NCBI RefSeq assembly: GCF_006345805.1
Contig: NC_043021.1
Span: 6,758,001 to 6,822,000, forward strand
DNA from: Octopus sinensis
Lineage: Eukaryota
Length of the DNA: 64,000 nt
Direction: 5' to 3'
The position numbers were made by a program, and so were the translations under genes. Below are positions 39,881-52,699 of this stretch, one piece after another (the first letter of the stretch is position 1; every line of letters begins with the position of its first letter). The notes beneath the pieces were generated by a model. That model had not been told where the DNA came from. It made no database searches and was given only the letters and a program-made list of their open reading frames with translations.

Positions 39881-39959
39881 GGCAGTTTAGCTTAAAGGTT
39901 TAGAGCACCGCGATGCATAATCACAGGTGTGTGAGTTCGTGTCTCATAGCCACCTGCCA
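39881..39959 (+). pseudogene. Degenerate tRNA-like sequence, CAT anticodon (tRNA-Met-like)
   Basis: Acceptor GGCAG/CTGCC+A, D arm gctt/gagc, anticodon loop tgCATaa with mismatched stem, T arm gtgag-TTCGTGT-ctcat. A T6 run (39964-39969) follows. Four extra nt sit between the T arm and acceptor stem. Confidence 0.55.
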
Positions 39960-40402
39960 ACACTTTTTTCTGCAAAATAGGGGTAACTTATCGTGTTCAG
40001 GTTATATTATTGGCATTATCCTGTGTTTGAGAATTTAAAATCACTTTTTTAACAATATAATATGAGTTTTTAGACGTGAGATGGCTAAGAGGGTCTAACT
40101 GATCAAAATAAGGACCAAAGGGATCCATAGGCAAAAAAATGGTCAAGAATCGCAACTATAGAAGCTGACCATAACAGTAAGATCAAACCTAAGAAATGAT
40201 TAATGTTTCTGTAGATCTCCCCCACTCCCATACACAGACACATGCATACAATTAGTATTGTGTCATCACAGTGACCAGTACCAATACCGTCATCACCACC
40301 ACCACCACCAGCACATCTACCAAAGCTATTGTTTCTGCTGCTGCTGCTATCGTTGCTGCTGCTATTTTCAAGACAACCTTCTTCTTCAACATGGGATTTT
40401 CG

Positions 40403-43020
40403 CTTGGCTTGCCATCCAACCCGGTCTGATCCAGCTCCAATGAACTTGACAGCCGATTCCCAAGTTCCACAACCGTCATCCACAAGGTCTTTGTCCCTTC
40501 CTTGGCTTGCCATCCAACCCGGTCTGATCCAGCTCCACTGAACTTGACAGCCGATTCCCAAGTTCCACAACCGTCATCCGCAAGGTCTCTCTCTCCCTTC
40601 CCTGGCTTGCCGTCCAACCCGGTCTGATCCAGCTCCACTGAACTTAACAGCTGATTCCCAAGTTCCACAACCGTCATCCGCAAGGTCTCTCTCTCCCTTC
40701 CCTGGCTTGCCGTCCAACCCGGTCTGATCCAGCTCCAATGAACTTAACAGGCGATTCCCAAGTTCCACAACCGTCATCCGCAAGGTCTTTGTCCGTTCCT
40801 TGGCTTGCCATCCAACCCGGTCTGATCCAGCTCCACTGAACTTGACAGCTGATTCCCAAGTTCCACAACCGTCATCCGCAAGGTCTCTCTCTCCCTTCCC
40901 TGGCTTGCCGTCCAACCCGGTCTGATCCAGCTCCAATGAACTTAACAGGCGATTCCCAAGTTCCACAACCGTCATCCGCAAGGTCTTTGTCTGTTCCTTG
41001 GCTTGCCATCCAACCCGGTCTGATCCAGCTCCACTGAACTTAACAGCCGATTCCCAAGCTGCACAACCGTCATCCGCAAGGTCTTTGTCCCTTCCTTGGC
41101 TTGCCATCCAACCCGGTCTGATCCAGCTCCAATGAACTTGACAGCCGATTCCCAAGTTCCACAACCGTCATCCGCAAGGTCTTTGTCCCTTCCTTGGCTT
41201 GCCATCCAACCCGGTCTGATCCAGCTCCAATGAACTTGACAGCTGATTCCCAAGTTCCACAACCGTCATCCGCAAGGTCTTTCTCCCTTCCTTGGCTTGC
41301 CGTCCAACCCGGTCTGATCCAGCTCCACTGAACTTAACAGCCAATTCCCAAGTTCCACAACCGTCATCCGCAAGGTCTTTCTCCCTTCCTTCCTTGGCTT
41401 GCCGTCCAACCTGGTCTGATCCAGCTCCACTGAACTTAACAGCCAATTCCCAAGTTCCACAACCGTCATCCGCAAGGTCTTTGTCCCTTCCTTGGCTTGC
41501 CATCCAACCCGGTCTGATCCAGCTCCACTGAACTTGACAGCCGATTCCCAAGTTCCACAACCGTCATCCGCAAGGTCTCTCTCCCTTCCTTGGCTTGCGG
41601 TCCAACCTGGTCTGATCCAGCTCCACTGAACTTAACAGCCGATTCCCAAGTTCCACAACCGTCATCCGCAAGGTCTTTGTCCCTTCCTTGGCTTGCCATC
41701 CAACCCGGTCTGATCCAGCTCCACTGAACTTGACAGCCGATTCCCAAGTTCCACAACCGTCATCCGCAAGGTCTCTCTCCCTTCCTTGGCTTGCGGTCCA
41801 ACCCGGTCTGATCCAGCTCCACTGAACTTAACAGCCGATTCCCAAGTTCCACAACCGTCATCCGCAAGGTCTCTCTCCCTTCCTTGGCTTGCGGTCCAAC
41901 CCGGTCTGATCCAGCTCCAATGAACTTCACAGCCGATTCCCAAGTTCCACAACCGTCATCCGCAAGGTCTCTCTCCCTTCCTTGGCTTGCGGTCCAACCC
42001 GGTCTGATCCAGCTCCAATGAACTTCACAGCCGATTCCCAACTTCCACAACCGTCATCCGCAAGGTCTCTCTCCCTTCCTTGGCTTGCCATCCAACCCGG
42101 TCTGATCCAGCTCCACTGAACTTAACAGCCGATTCCCAAGTTCCACAACCGTCATCTGCAAGGTCTTTGTCCCTTCCTTGGCTTGCCATCCAACCCGGTC
42201 TGATCCAGCTCCACTGAACTTAACAGCCGATTCCCAAGTTCCACAACCGTCATCTGCAAGGTCTTTGTCCCTTCCTTGGCTTGCCATCCAACCCGGTCTG
42301 ATCCAGCTCCAATGAACTTAACAGCTGATTCCCAAGTTCCACAACCGTCATCCGCAAGGTCTTTGTCCCTTCTCTGGCTTGCCATCCAGCTCCACTGAAC
42401 TTGACAGCCGATTCCCAAGTTCCACAACCGTCATCCGCAAGGTCTTTCTCCCTTCCTTGGCTTGCCATCCAACCCGGTCTGATCCAGCTCCAATGAACTT
42501 GACAGCTGATTCCCAAGTTCCACAACCGTCATCCGCAAGGTCTTTGTCCCTTCTCTGGCTTGCCATCCAGCTCCACTGAACTTGACAGCCGATTCCCAAG
42601 TTCCACAACCGTCATCCGCAAGGTCTTTCTCCCTTCCTTGGCTTGCCATCCAACCCGGTCTGATCCAGCTCCAATGAACTTGACAGCCGATTCCCAAGTT
42701 CCACAAACGTCATCCGCAAGGTCTTTCTCCCTTCCTTGGCTTGCCATCCAACCCGGTCTGATCCAGCTCCACTGAACTTGACAGCCGATTCCCAAGTTCC
42801 ACAACCGTCATCCGCAAGGTCTTTCTCCCTTCCAGTCAACCGTCATCCGCAAGGTCTTTCTTTCCCTTCCAGCTCCAATGAACTTGACAGCCGATTGCCA
42901 AGTTCCACAACCGTCATCTGTAAGGTCTTTGTCCCTTCTTTGGCTTGCCATCCAGCTCCACTGAACTTGACAGCCGATTCCCAAGCTACATTTTCGTCAT
43001 CCGCAAGGTCTCTCTCTCCC
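40403..43020. repeat. GC-rich tandem array, ~27 units of 98 bp (variants 83, 100, 102 bp)
   Basis: Consensus aaggtctttgtcccttccttggcttgccatccaacccggtctgatccagctccactgaacttgacagccgattcccaagttccacaaccgtcatccgc (54/98 G+C by hand count). Units counted via the aacttRacag motif. Confidence 0.95.
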
Positions 43021-44153
43021 TACCTCGCAAGATCCTTTCACCTGCCTCTGCCACCAATCACCACCAACCAGACACTTCCCTCCGTTCCTGCCTCTCTGGT
43101 TTGCTACCTTCCATGTCCTCACTATTGCAATATAATAAAATGGCTATTTTCCACTTTCTAACAGGCACTATGAGCAGTTAGAGCGGAGGTAGTTTTGACT
43201 GTTTAGTAAAAGGGGAGGCACAGGCACAGAAATTTACTTAGAACCTCCTCAGCCAGACCTCCTCTCACTAGGCAAGTTCACTTTTCATCATCTCTAACTC
43301 TCTATCTCTCTCTCTCTCTCTACCTCTCTCTCTTACCTTATTACCTTTCTATTCTTCTACCTCCCTCTCTACCTTTCTCTCTCTCTCTCTCTCTCTGTCT
43401 TTTTACCGCTTTTCTACTCCCTCACTTAGTTATTGTTTTCTTTCCTTTATTTCTTTTTTCCGTTTCATTTCATTCTCCTCATCAGTTTCACCTCTGTCAC
43501 TACCACCACCACCACCACCACCACAGTTACTACCTCAACCACCTCCACCACCACCACCACCACAACTACCATTACTATTTCAACCACTCTCACCATCCCC
43601 ACAGCCTGTTCTCTCATTAGTTCCTACTAATTTTTCGCTTTACACACATACATACATACACACACACACATTTACATACATATATACACAATAATCATCA
43701 TCATCATCATCATCACACCACTACTATTTGCCAAATCTCTATTTCAATTCCTGACTCTCTCTCTCTCTCTTTCATACACCATTTTCTCTCTCTCCCCCCA
43801 CAACACACAAAAGTTCCAAGAGAGAGAAAAGCCACATTTTTATACATATTTTTTTCTTTAGGTTTATTTTTTTCCTTGATTTAAATCCCATTCCAATTTG
43901 TTAATTTCTTAATTATGTTACCACCACCAACATAATTATTATTATTATTTATTCATATTTTATTTTCATTTATTTTTACCTTTGTTTAGCCTGTTTATTT
44001 AATTACCCTACTCCTCAAGGTGTGTGTACATAGGTGGGAGGGCGGGATGGAGATTATTTTTTACAATTTTGTTTGTTTGTTTTTTTTTTCTATATTTATT
44101 CAAAGCAGAAAATAGTCAATGCTGTTGTTTTTTTTATTTGTTTGTCTAAATTG

Positions 44154-44184
<31 letters not shown>

Positions 44185-45139
44185 ATTACTGATTTTATTT
44201 TTATGTTTGTTTATTTTTGTTTCTTTTATTTCAAGTTGTCCTCTACAATATTGTTGTTGTTGTTGTGGCTGTATAAAGTGTTTTTGTAATCTTGTCCAGT
44301 TTTGTATGAGAGACTTGTACACCAACACACTCTTTACCATGTCCACCAATAATACCAAGCATACAAAAAAAATAAGATACATTATACACCTCTACATTTT
44401 AATAAAAGTCAGGGAGGTCACAGTTGGATTGACTTCAATCAGAAGACCTACTCTCTCGGAACCAACTCCGGGTTAAGTAATAGTATTGCTTTCACTAAAC
44501 TTCATCCAGTGTCCAAATACCGCTACAGGTTTTTAGATGGGTACCCTAAGCAAATCAGACATCCTCCAGGAAGTAACACTAGCTGAATATACTGCTCTCT
44601 GTTAGGTCTTTTCACTTCTCACTTCGGAAAGTGGAAAATTTGATCTCCTCCCCACTAACTTCCACCTGCTCTTTCTCTCACTCTCTCTCTCACACACATG
44701 CACACCCACACACACCACTTAGCATTTTCCCCTCCCAGTTTTCCAGTTGAAAGCCTGACCTCACTTAGTTCACAAGGAGACATGGTACTGCTACTGTTTT
44801 AAGAACATTGAATTGTCCTGCATTTTGAGATGTTTTTCTCACATTTGGGAGAATGTTAAGGAAAGATTACTGGCCCACCAGACACCACACACAGAAACAC
44901 CAGGTTTCCATGCAGTTTCCATTTTACCAATTTCACTCAAAAAGTTATTGGCTGGCTCAAGGCAGTAGTAGAAGACACTTGCTCAAAGTGCCTTGCAATG
45001 GGACTGATGCTGGGTCCATGTGGTCAGAAAACAAACTTTCTTAACCACATGGCCATAGAATTCTTTCAGTTTTCACCTACTAAATTCATTCAGTAGACTT
45101 AGGTAGCTCTGGGCCAACCAAAGCCTTTTGATTGGATTT

Positions 45140-45575
45140 AGTTACTTCTTTCTTTATTGCCCACAAGGGGCTAACATAAAGGGGACAAACAAGGACAGAC
45201 AAAGGAATTAAGTCGATTACATCGCCCCAGTGCATAACTGGTACTTAATTTATTGACCCCGAAAAGATGAAAGGCAAAGTCGACCCCGGCGGAATTTGAA
45301 CTCAGAATGTGATGGCAGACGAAATAACGCTAAGCATTTCGCCTGGCGTGCTAACGTTTCTTATTCCTTTATTGCCCACAAGGGGCTAAACATAGAGGGG
45401 ACAGACAAAGGGATTAAGTTGATTACATCAACCCTAGTATGTAACTGGTACTTAATTTATCGACCCCGAAAGGATGAAAGGCAAAGTTGACCGCAGCGGA
45501 ATTTGAACTCAGAGCGTAATGGCAGACGAAATACCGCTAAGCATTTCACCTGGCGTGCTAACGTTTCTGCCAGTT
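45140..45575 (-). mobile_element. SINE family B tandem dimer
   Basis: Two consecutive family B bodies joined at ...ctaacgtttc|ttattcctttattgccc. Confidence 0.75.
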
Positions 45576-46071
45576 ACTGCAAATTGAAAGAAGCCCATCA
45601 TGGCATAGACATGGCTAAGTTCACATCCTAACCATGTTGTTTCAGGTTCAGTCCCACTGCATGGTACATCTTTTATTATAGCTCATGGCTAAACCAAACT
45701 TTTTTGAGTGGATTTGGTAGATGGAAACTGAAAGAAGACCACCGTGTCATGTGTATGTTATATGATGTCAAGGCAAGGACAAACACATGCATATATATGA
45801 TGATGATGATGATATGTATGTGTGTACCCTTGTTTTGACATCATGCAGTCATTGGAAATAGGTATCACTGTCGTACGGGCAATGTCCTTCATTTCCATTC
45901 TTCTGTGAAAATATGTCCGTCCATGGCGAAATACTTCCTTGCTTGGATACAGGTGAGGATTGGCAGCAAGAAGAGTTACTGGCCATTGAAAATCTGCATC
46001 AAAAATTATGTCTGACCCATGTAAGTATGGAAAAGTGGACCTTAAAATGATGATGATAGATGTATATATAT

Positions 46072-46104
<33 letters not shown>

Positions 46105-46141
46105 CATATAGATAATGAGTGTGTTTGTATATGTATGTATC

Positions 46142-46181
<40 letters not shown>

Positions 46182-46182
<1 letters not shown>

Positions 46183-46592
46183 TTACTCTTTTTACTCTTT
46201 TACTTGTTTCAGTCATTTGACTGCGGCCATGCTGGAGCACTGCCTTTAGTCGAGCAAATCAACCCCGGGACTTATTCTTTGTAAGCCCAGTACTTATTCT
46301 ATCGGTCTCTTTTTTGCCGAACCGCTAAGTGACGGGGACGTAAACACACCAGCATCGGTTGTCAAGCAATGCTAGGGTGACAAACACAGACACACAAACA
46401 CACACACTTATATATATATACATATATACGACAGGCTTCTTTCAGTTTCCGTCTACCAAATCCACTCACAAGGCATTGGTCGGCCCGGGGCTATAGCAGA
46501 AGACACTTGCCCAAGATGCCACGCAGTGGGACTGAACCTGGAACCATGTGGTTGGTTAGCAAGCTACTTACCACACAGCCACTCCTGCGCCT
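46182..46592 (-). mobile_element. SINE family A, full length, between (TA)n tracts
   Basis: Same head, core and (aaaagagt)n tail as the copy at 3112-3497. Confidence 0.9.
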
Positions 46593-47984
46593 ATATATAT
46601 AGAAAATAGTAAAAAGTGAAAAAACTACAGAAGGCTTAAAGGTTAAAAAATATATATTTCAGTCAATATGTCTGAAGAATATTAAAAATTTTTTTCTTCA
46701 ACTTTCTTATCTATCTATATATATATACATATAGATAATGAGTGTGTTTGCATATGTATGTATGTATCTATATATATATATATGTATCATCATCATCATC
46801 ATCATCATCATCGTTTAACGTCCGTTTTCCGCGCTAGCACGGGTTGGACGGTTTTGACCGGGGTCTGGGGAGCTTGGGACTGCCCCAGTGTTTCTACAGC
46901 TGGATGCCCTTCCTAACGCCAACCACTCCGCGAGTGTAGTGGGTGCTTTTTACGTGCCACCTGCACAGGTGCCAGAGGGGTCTGGCATCGGCCACGTTCG
47001 GATGGTGCTTTTTATGTGTGTGGGGAGGGGGGTGCAGAAATATAGGGGAGCACCAGTGGGGAGGGGTGGTTCAGAGAAATGATGACAGGTTCTAGGCAAG
47101 TAGAATGTAGGATATCGAGAGAGGGGTAATGCATGGTGAAATAGCGTATTGAAGAGGGGGGTTCGAAGAGTAGACACCTATAATGGTGGTGGGAGAAGTG
47201 ACATCCGGTATAGATGGAGCAAAATATAGAGATATCCGGTATTGGTGGTGGGGGTGGGAGGGCGGGCGCACCGCGCATTGGGAGATGAGGTTTTAGGCGG
47301 CAGAAAGAATACAGGATTGAGATGAAATGCTTTGCGGTGGTGTGAATAAGTTTTTGTGAGTGAAAGTTTTTATGCTTCAGCTAGCATTTGAGACGAAAGA
47401 CAACGATAACGCTATTAGATGGGGATACAATAATAATAAGGTTTGCAAAAACAATGAAAAGAGGAAACAGGTCGGGAACTTAGCTGATGTTTTTTCATCC
47501 TGCGGAAGCGAGTGAAGGTGAGATATATACCGAGAGAGAGAGAGAGAGAGAGAGACTGAAAAGCTATATATAAACTGGGACAAGGACGCAAAACATTTAG
47601 AAGACGATACAAAAAACACGAAAGCCTTTAATCTTCAGTCAAGAACCAGATCATCCTCGCAATTTCAGCTGATTAATCTGATTTATATATATATATAAAT
47701 ATAATGTGTGTGTGTATGTCTGTGTTTGTTCTCCCACCATCGCTTGACAACCAATGCAGGTAATTTAGCAGCTGAGCAAAAGAGACCGATAGAATAAGTA
47801 CTAGGCTTACAAAGAATAAGTCCTGGGGTCAATTTGTTCGACTAAAACACTTCAAGGCAGTGCTCCAGCATGGCCACAGTCAAATGACTGAAACAAGTAA
47901 AAGGATAAAAGAATAAAACCATGTACGAAATTGCTGACAGCGAGTTGAGAGTCAGCCACAGGTAGAAACTAGAAAGAAGTGGGA

Positions 47985-48560
47985 GTAGCATGCTCTGGCA
48001 AAGGTGCAACTTCACTGTGCATGTGTGTCAAAAGTGCAAATATGTTGAGAGAAAATCAGGTACAGAAGGTATTAGATATAGTGTGCAAGAGAGAAGACTG
48101 CACTTGCATGCTCATGTGCTACCCATGGATGCAGACAATTGCATAAAAAAGTGCCAGATGCTAAATGTAGATAGAACATATGGAAAGGCGGCGAGCTGGC
48201 AGAAACGTTAGCATGCCAGGTGACAGTCAGAGCGGTATCTCGTCTGCTGCTACGTTCTGAGTTCAAATTCCGCCGAGGTCGGCTTTGCCTTTCATCCTTT
48301 CGGGGTCAATTAAATAAGTACCAGTTAGGTACTGGGGTCATTGTAATCGACTTAATCCGTTTGTCTGTCCTTGTTTGCCCCCTCTGTGTTTAGCCCCTTG
48401 TGGGCAGTAAAGAAATAAGAACACGTGGAAGGAGACCCCAGAAGCTGTAGGGAGAAGTGGTGAGGAGCGACCACAGTTTTTAAGCCAGACAGAGGAGATG
48501 ACAAAGGACCAAGGTGATTGGTGATTAACCGTGCTTGAGAAGACCCACTTGACCTGATCA
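47985..48560 (+). mobile_element. Degenerate RTE-like LINE 3' fragment interrupted by a SINE
   Basis: IRYSVQERRLHLHAHVLPMDADNCIKKCQMLNVDRTYG before the SINE, and GRRPQKL*GEVV after it. Confidence 0.7.
48186..48419 (+). mobile_element. tRNA-headed SINE, family B
   Basis: ggcggcgagctggcagaaacgttagc...gagttcaaattccgccgagg...aataagtaccagtt...aaagaaata. Imperfect TSD atagaacatatggaa / ataagaacacgtggaa. Confidence 0.85.
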
Positions 48561-50317
48561 AAGTGTGATCCTAAAAACATTTATACACACACACTGGGCC
48601 CTGATCCTGCACCCAGAATCTGCACATTTTTTCCCCCATTTTGTACTTCCAGTTACATTCCAATCTGTAGAAACCATGCCAAATCAGACTAGAGTTTGGT
48701 ACAGCCTTCCAGCTTGCCAGTCCTGGTCAAACCGTCCAACCCATGCCAGCTTGGATAACTGGATGTTAGATGATGATGATGGTGGTGGTGGTGGTGGTGG
48801 TGGGCATCCAGCTGTGGAGAACATTCCAAAGCTGATAGTTAAGCACAGCATACTCCTTGGCCCAACGAATCTTGTGAAACCATCTAATCCATGCCAGCAT
48901 GGAAGATGTAGATTAAGTGATGATGATAATGAAGATCTGGTATGTGCATTATGGAGGAATGGTGAAGAAATTAGCTTCAGAACTACGAGGTCTTGGATGC
49001 AATCCCTGTTGGTTATTTGACCAAGCTCTCACCGCATGGCATTTTGGGCAAATGTCATTGGGTTCACCCATACCTTGTAAGCAAAATTAGCTGGGGAGCA
49101 ACTGCACAGAGATGCCTGACAAGAGGATCATACCCATAATTCTAAATGTACTGCCTTGTCTCTCACGCACTGTATCATTGTGATTCTACCTGAGAATTAC
49201 ATAAAGGGTACATGCGTCTGTGGAATACTCGGCTTGAATTAATTACATGTTAATTCAGGAGCAGGTAATTCAGTTGGGGGGGAAACAAGTTCTCTTCATC
49301 AAGCATTGGAAATCCACACACACACTCACACATACACACACTCTCTCTCTCACACACACACACACACTCCATGTAAGTATAATTGATGTGTTATGTCTGT
49401 GTAAGTGCTTATAGTTTTTAACTGGCATGTGGCTGAATTCACTCATTTCATTCATTCATTTAGATCATCATTTGGGTTGACTCCCCAAAACCAATCTGAA
49501 AATATAAACATGTTTATTGAAGCCTGGATTAGTTTTCATTATCTGCATACATATATATATATATATAAAATGTATGTGTGTATGTAGACAAACTGCGTGT
49601 AATGACAAATGAGGTAAATCTCTATAACAATGGAAACAGAGGACTAAATTTATTGAATAATACAGTTACTGAGACTCACTTACAGGATTTCAAGTTTCAT
49701 TGTCAACAATACAATGATCACTGTACTTCTTTAGCTGGTATAGAAACTTGAAGTCTTATATGTAAGTCTCGCGAGAAAAAGAGGAAGAAAAACTGGTGGA
49801 TGCTTTTGGTGGCGAGAGGGATGGCCCAGCTTGTTGGATGATGTGAGGAAATGGTAAATCAAGGAGGTGGCATTAAAATGTGAGGAAGAGAGGAGGATGA
49901 GTATTGCCTTGAAAAGAATTCCAGTTAAAATTATAGGATGAAAGAATAGTGGAAATGAGAAAGTGATAGAGAGGTAGTTGGAGACAATGCATGAAAATGG
50001 TTACTGTTATAATGGCAGGGAAAATAGAAGAAAGAGAGTGGTGACGCAAGTGCAGAATTGCAGAAGGTGACATGGGGGTTGGATACATATAATGATTTCA
50101 AGTTCTGGCACAAGGCTAGTAATTTGAGGTGAGAGAATAAGTTAATTACATCAACCCTAGTGTTCAGCTGGTACTTATTTTATTGACCCACGAAAGAATG
50201 AAAAGTAACTTTGGAGGAATTTGGACTCAGAATGTAAAGACACATGAAATACTGCTAAGCATTTTACCTGGCATGGAGGTATATATATATACTTATATAT
50301 ATATATATACACACACA

Positions 50318-50345
<28 letters not shown>

Positions 50346-50354
<9 letters not shown>

Positions 50355-50555
50355 CTTATAAAATAAGGGCAAAAGAAAAATTCTAATGCCAAAAAAGACA
50401 AAATTATCAATAACCATTATAATTTATGCGTCTTAAAACATGCCGATAGAAATTTCGAGACGCATAAATTATAATGGTTATTGACAATTTTGTCTTTTTT
50501 CGGCATATTTGGCATTAGAAATTTTCTTTTGCCCTTATTTTATAAGTTGTTTATA
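50346..50555. repeat. Long fold-back element (~88-bp arms, 24-nt loop)
   Basis: Arms 50346-50433 / 50458-50555 (10-nt insertion in the right arm). A related single-arm sequence is at ~52121-52260. Confidence 0.85.
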
Positions 50556-51379
50556 AATTTAACCTTTAAAGGTATTTTTTGATATGCTGGCCATTGCTAA
50601 AAATTTTTTTTCGAAAAAAATTTTATCCTACATTAGTTATATATATAAATATATATATATAAGCACAATTGCATGAATGTGCACACACATATATAGACAT
50701 TTCTGTACATTTCCTCTCACTTCTTACATCAAAATAAATTTGACCAATTCAAGTATTCTGGACTAAACATTAAAATGAAAAATTCTGACCCAGGAAATGA
50801 AGGATTCATTTTCACTTTGAGACATTAAACAATTACCTGGATTATGAAGATTGGATGGGGTTGAATAGGGGGATAAGGGTCAACTGAATCAACTAACCCT
50901 TCACCGTTATGCCTACATTAAAAACCATTGTGTGTATATCTGACAGGTGGCACATGTTGCACCTGTACAGGTAATGTTGATTTTATGGGGGGAGTGAACT
51001 TACATGTACACAAACATTCAATCACTATAAACAAATCATCTGGGTGTGGTTGTTTGGTAAGAAATTGTCAAACCCTTATATGTCATCTGATGATGGGAGA
51101 GTCCATCATACATAGAATATAAAGAAAGCCAGGAAGTATGGAATGAATATATATATGTATTTCATCAGTTGGTATCCATAAGATTACAATTGTTCAATAA
51201 CCAACATCATGGAAAAGTAATTTTAGCGTTTAATAAATTATTTTACACATCTGGACTAGAGTACGTTATAAATTACATAGTACTGTTGTATTATAGAAGC
51301 TAGTACAGGTATAGAAGTTTTGCTCTTCAGGTACACAGTCTATCATGGTTATATCCATATATATATATATATATATATA

Positions 51380-51723
51380 CTCTTTTACTCTTTTACTTGT
51401 TTCAGTCATTTGACTGCGCCCATGCTGGAGCACCGCCTTTAATCGAGCAACTCGACCCCGGGACTTATTCTTTTGTAAGCCCAGTACTTATTCTATCGGC
51501 CTCTTTTGCTGAACCGCTAAGTAACGGGGCATAAACACACCAGCATCGGTTGTCAAGCAATGCTAGGGGGACAAACACAGACACACAAACACACACATGC
51601 ATATATATATACATATATACGACGGGCTTCTTTTCAGTTTCCGTCTACCAAATCCACTCACAAGGCTTTGGTCGGCCCAAGGCTATAGTAGAAGACACTT
51701 GCCCAAGGTGCCACGCAGTGGGA

Positions 51724-51726
<3 letters not shown>
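51380..51726 (-). mobile_element. SINE family A, 5'-truncated
   Basis: Matches family A from the tail to ...gccacgcagtgggactg, then runs into (TA)n. Confidence 0.85.
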
Positions 51727-51771
<45 letters not shown>

Positions 51772-51776
<5 letters not shown>

Positions 51777-51896
51777 AAATAAGAAAATGGAGGAATAGAT
51801 TTCTTTCAATCATCAACTTCTAGATAATACCAATTTATTATTTTCTGGAAGTTGATGATTGAAAGAAATCTATTCCTCCATTTTCTAATTTTGTAT
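51772..51896. repeat. Near-perfect 125-nt hairpin
   Basis: 49-bp arm with one mismatch (atacaaaat[a/t]agaaaatggaggaatagatttctttcaatcatcaacttc), extending to ~56 bp with three. Abuts (TA)n on the left. Confidence 0.85.
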
Positions 51897-52072
51897 TATG
51901 AATTTGAGGTAAAACATTTTACCTTCGCCCATAAAATACAATAAATGAATTAATTGCATTGCAATTCTAAGCATTTATGTATTAGCCTTCTGGGTACTTT
52001 ACTGGCAGTATACTGGATAACTGATATCCCATAGTGGGTTACACTCATAACCCCTATCTCACTTTGTACTTT

Positions 52073-52105
<33 letters not shown>

Positions 52106-52368
52106 TATATGTATATATATATAACTTATAAATAAGGGCAAACGAAAAAATTTCTAATGCCAAATATGCCGAAAATTGGACATATCGTCTATTACCATTA
52201 TAATTTTTCACAATACGCACGCTACTCGGAAAAAAGCCGACAGAAATTTCTAAAAATTCCATTATTACCATATCGGACCGATTTCAGGGTTAGTTCATAA
52301 GAACCCTCCGTTCGTCAGTGATAAATGTGGCAAAGAAATAAATGAGATACTCATACCCATGGAAGAAG

Positions 52369-52416
<48 letters not shown>

Positions 52417-52421
<5 letters not shown>

Positions 52422-52638
52422 GCCCAAAAGTCATGCACAAAAACAGTTGACATCTTATTTATATTATGGTATTATTAATTATTATTATTATTATTATTCA
52501 TTTTCTTCATCATGTACAAGTATGTATGTTTTCATCATTATTTTATTAATTTTATTTAATTTTGGAAAAATTGAAGCATGTCTTTCTTTGACAATTCTAG
52601 AGCATATTGAACTTTTGTGCATGACTTTTGGCCCAGTG
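52417..52638. mobile_element. Tc1-like MITE
   Basis: TIR ...ccaaaagtcatgcacaaaa / ttttgtgcatgacttttgg... Adjacent to (TA)n on the left and (TG)/(TA) on the right. Confidence 0.7.
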
Positions 52639-52654
52639 TGTATGTGTATGTATG

Positions 52655-52699
<45 letters not shown>

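Noticed and set aside
40403-43020. CRISPR array or repeat-protein CDS interpretation of the 98-bp array
   Set aside because: There are no unique spacers, as units are contiguous near-identical copies. 98 is not a multiple of 3 and each strand hits a stop as the frame cycles, so only overlapping short ORFs result. No hammerhead core was found in the unit.
43430-43640. Poly-Pro/Thr/His open frames
   Set aside because: A (CCA)n-type trinucleotide repeat, open in several frames, with no splice context.
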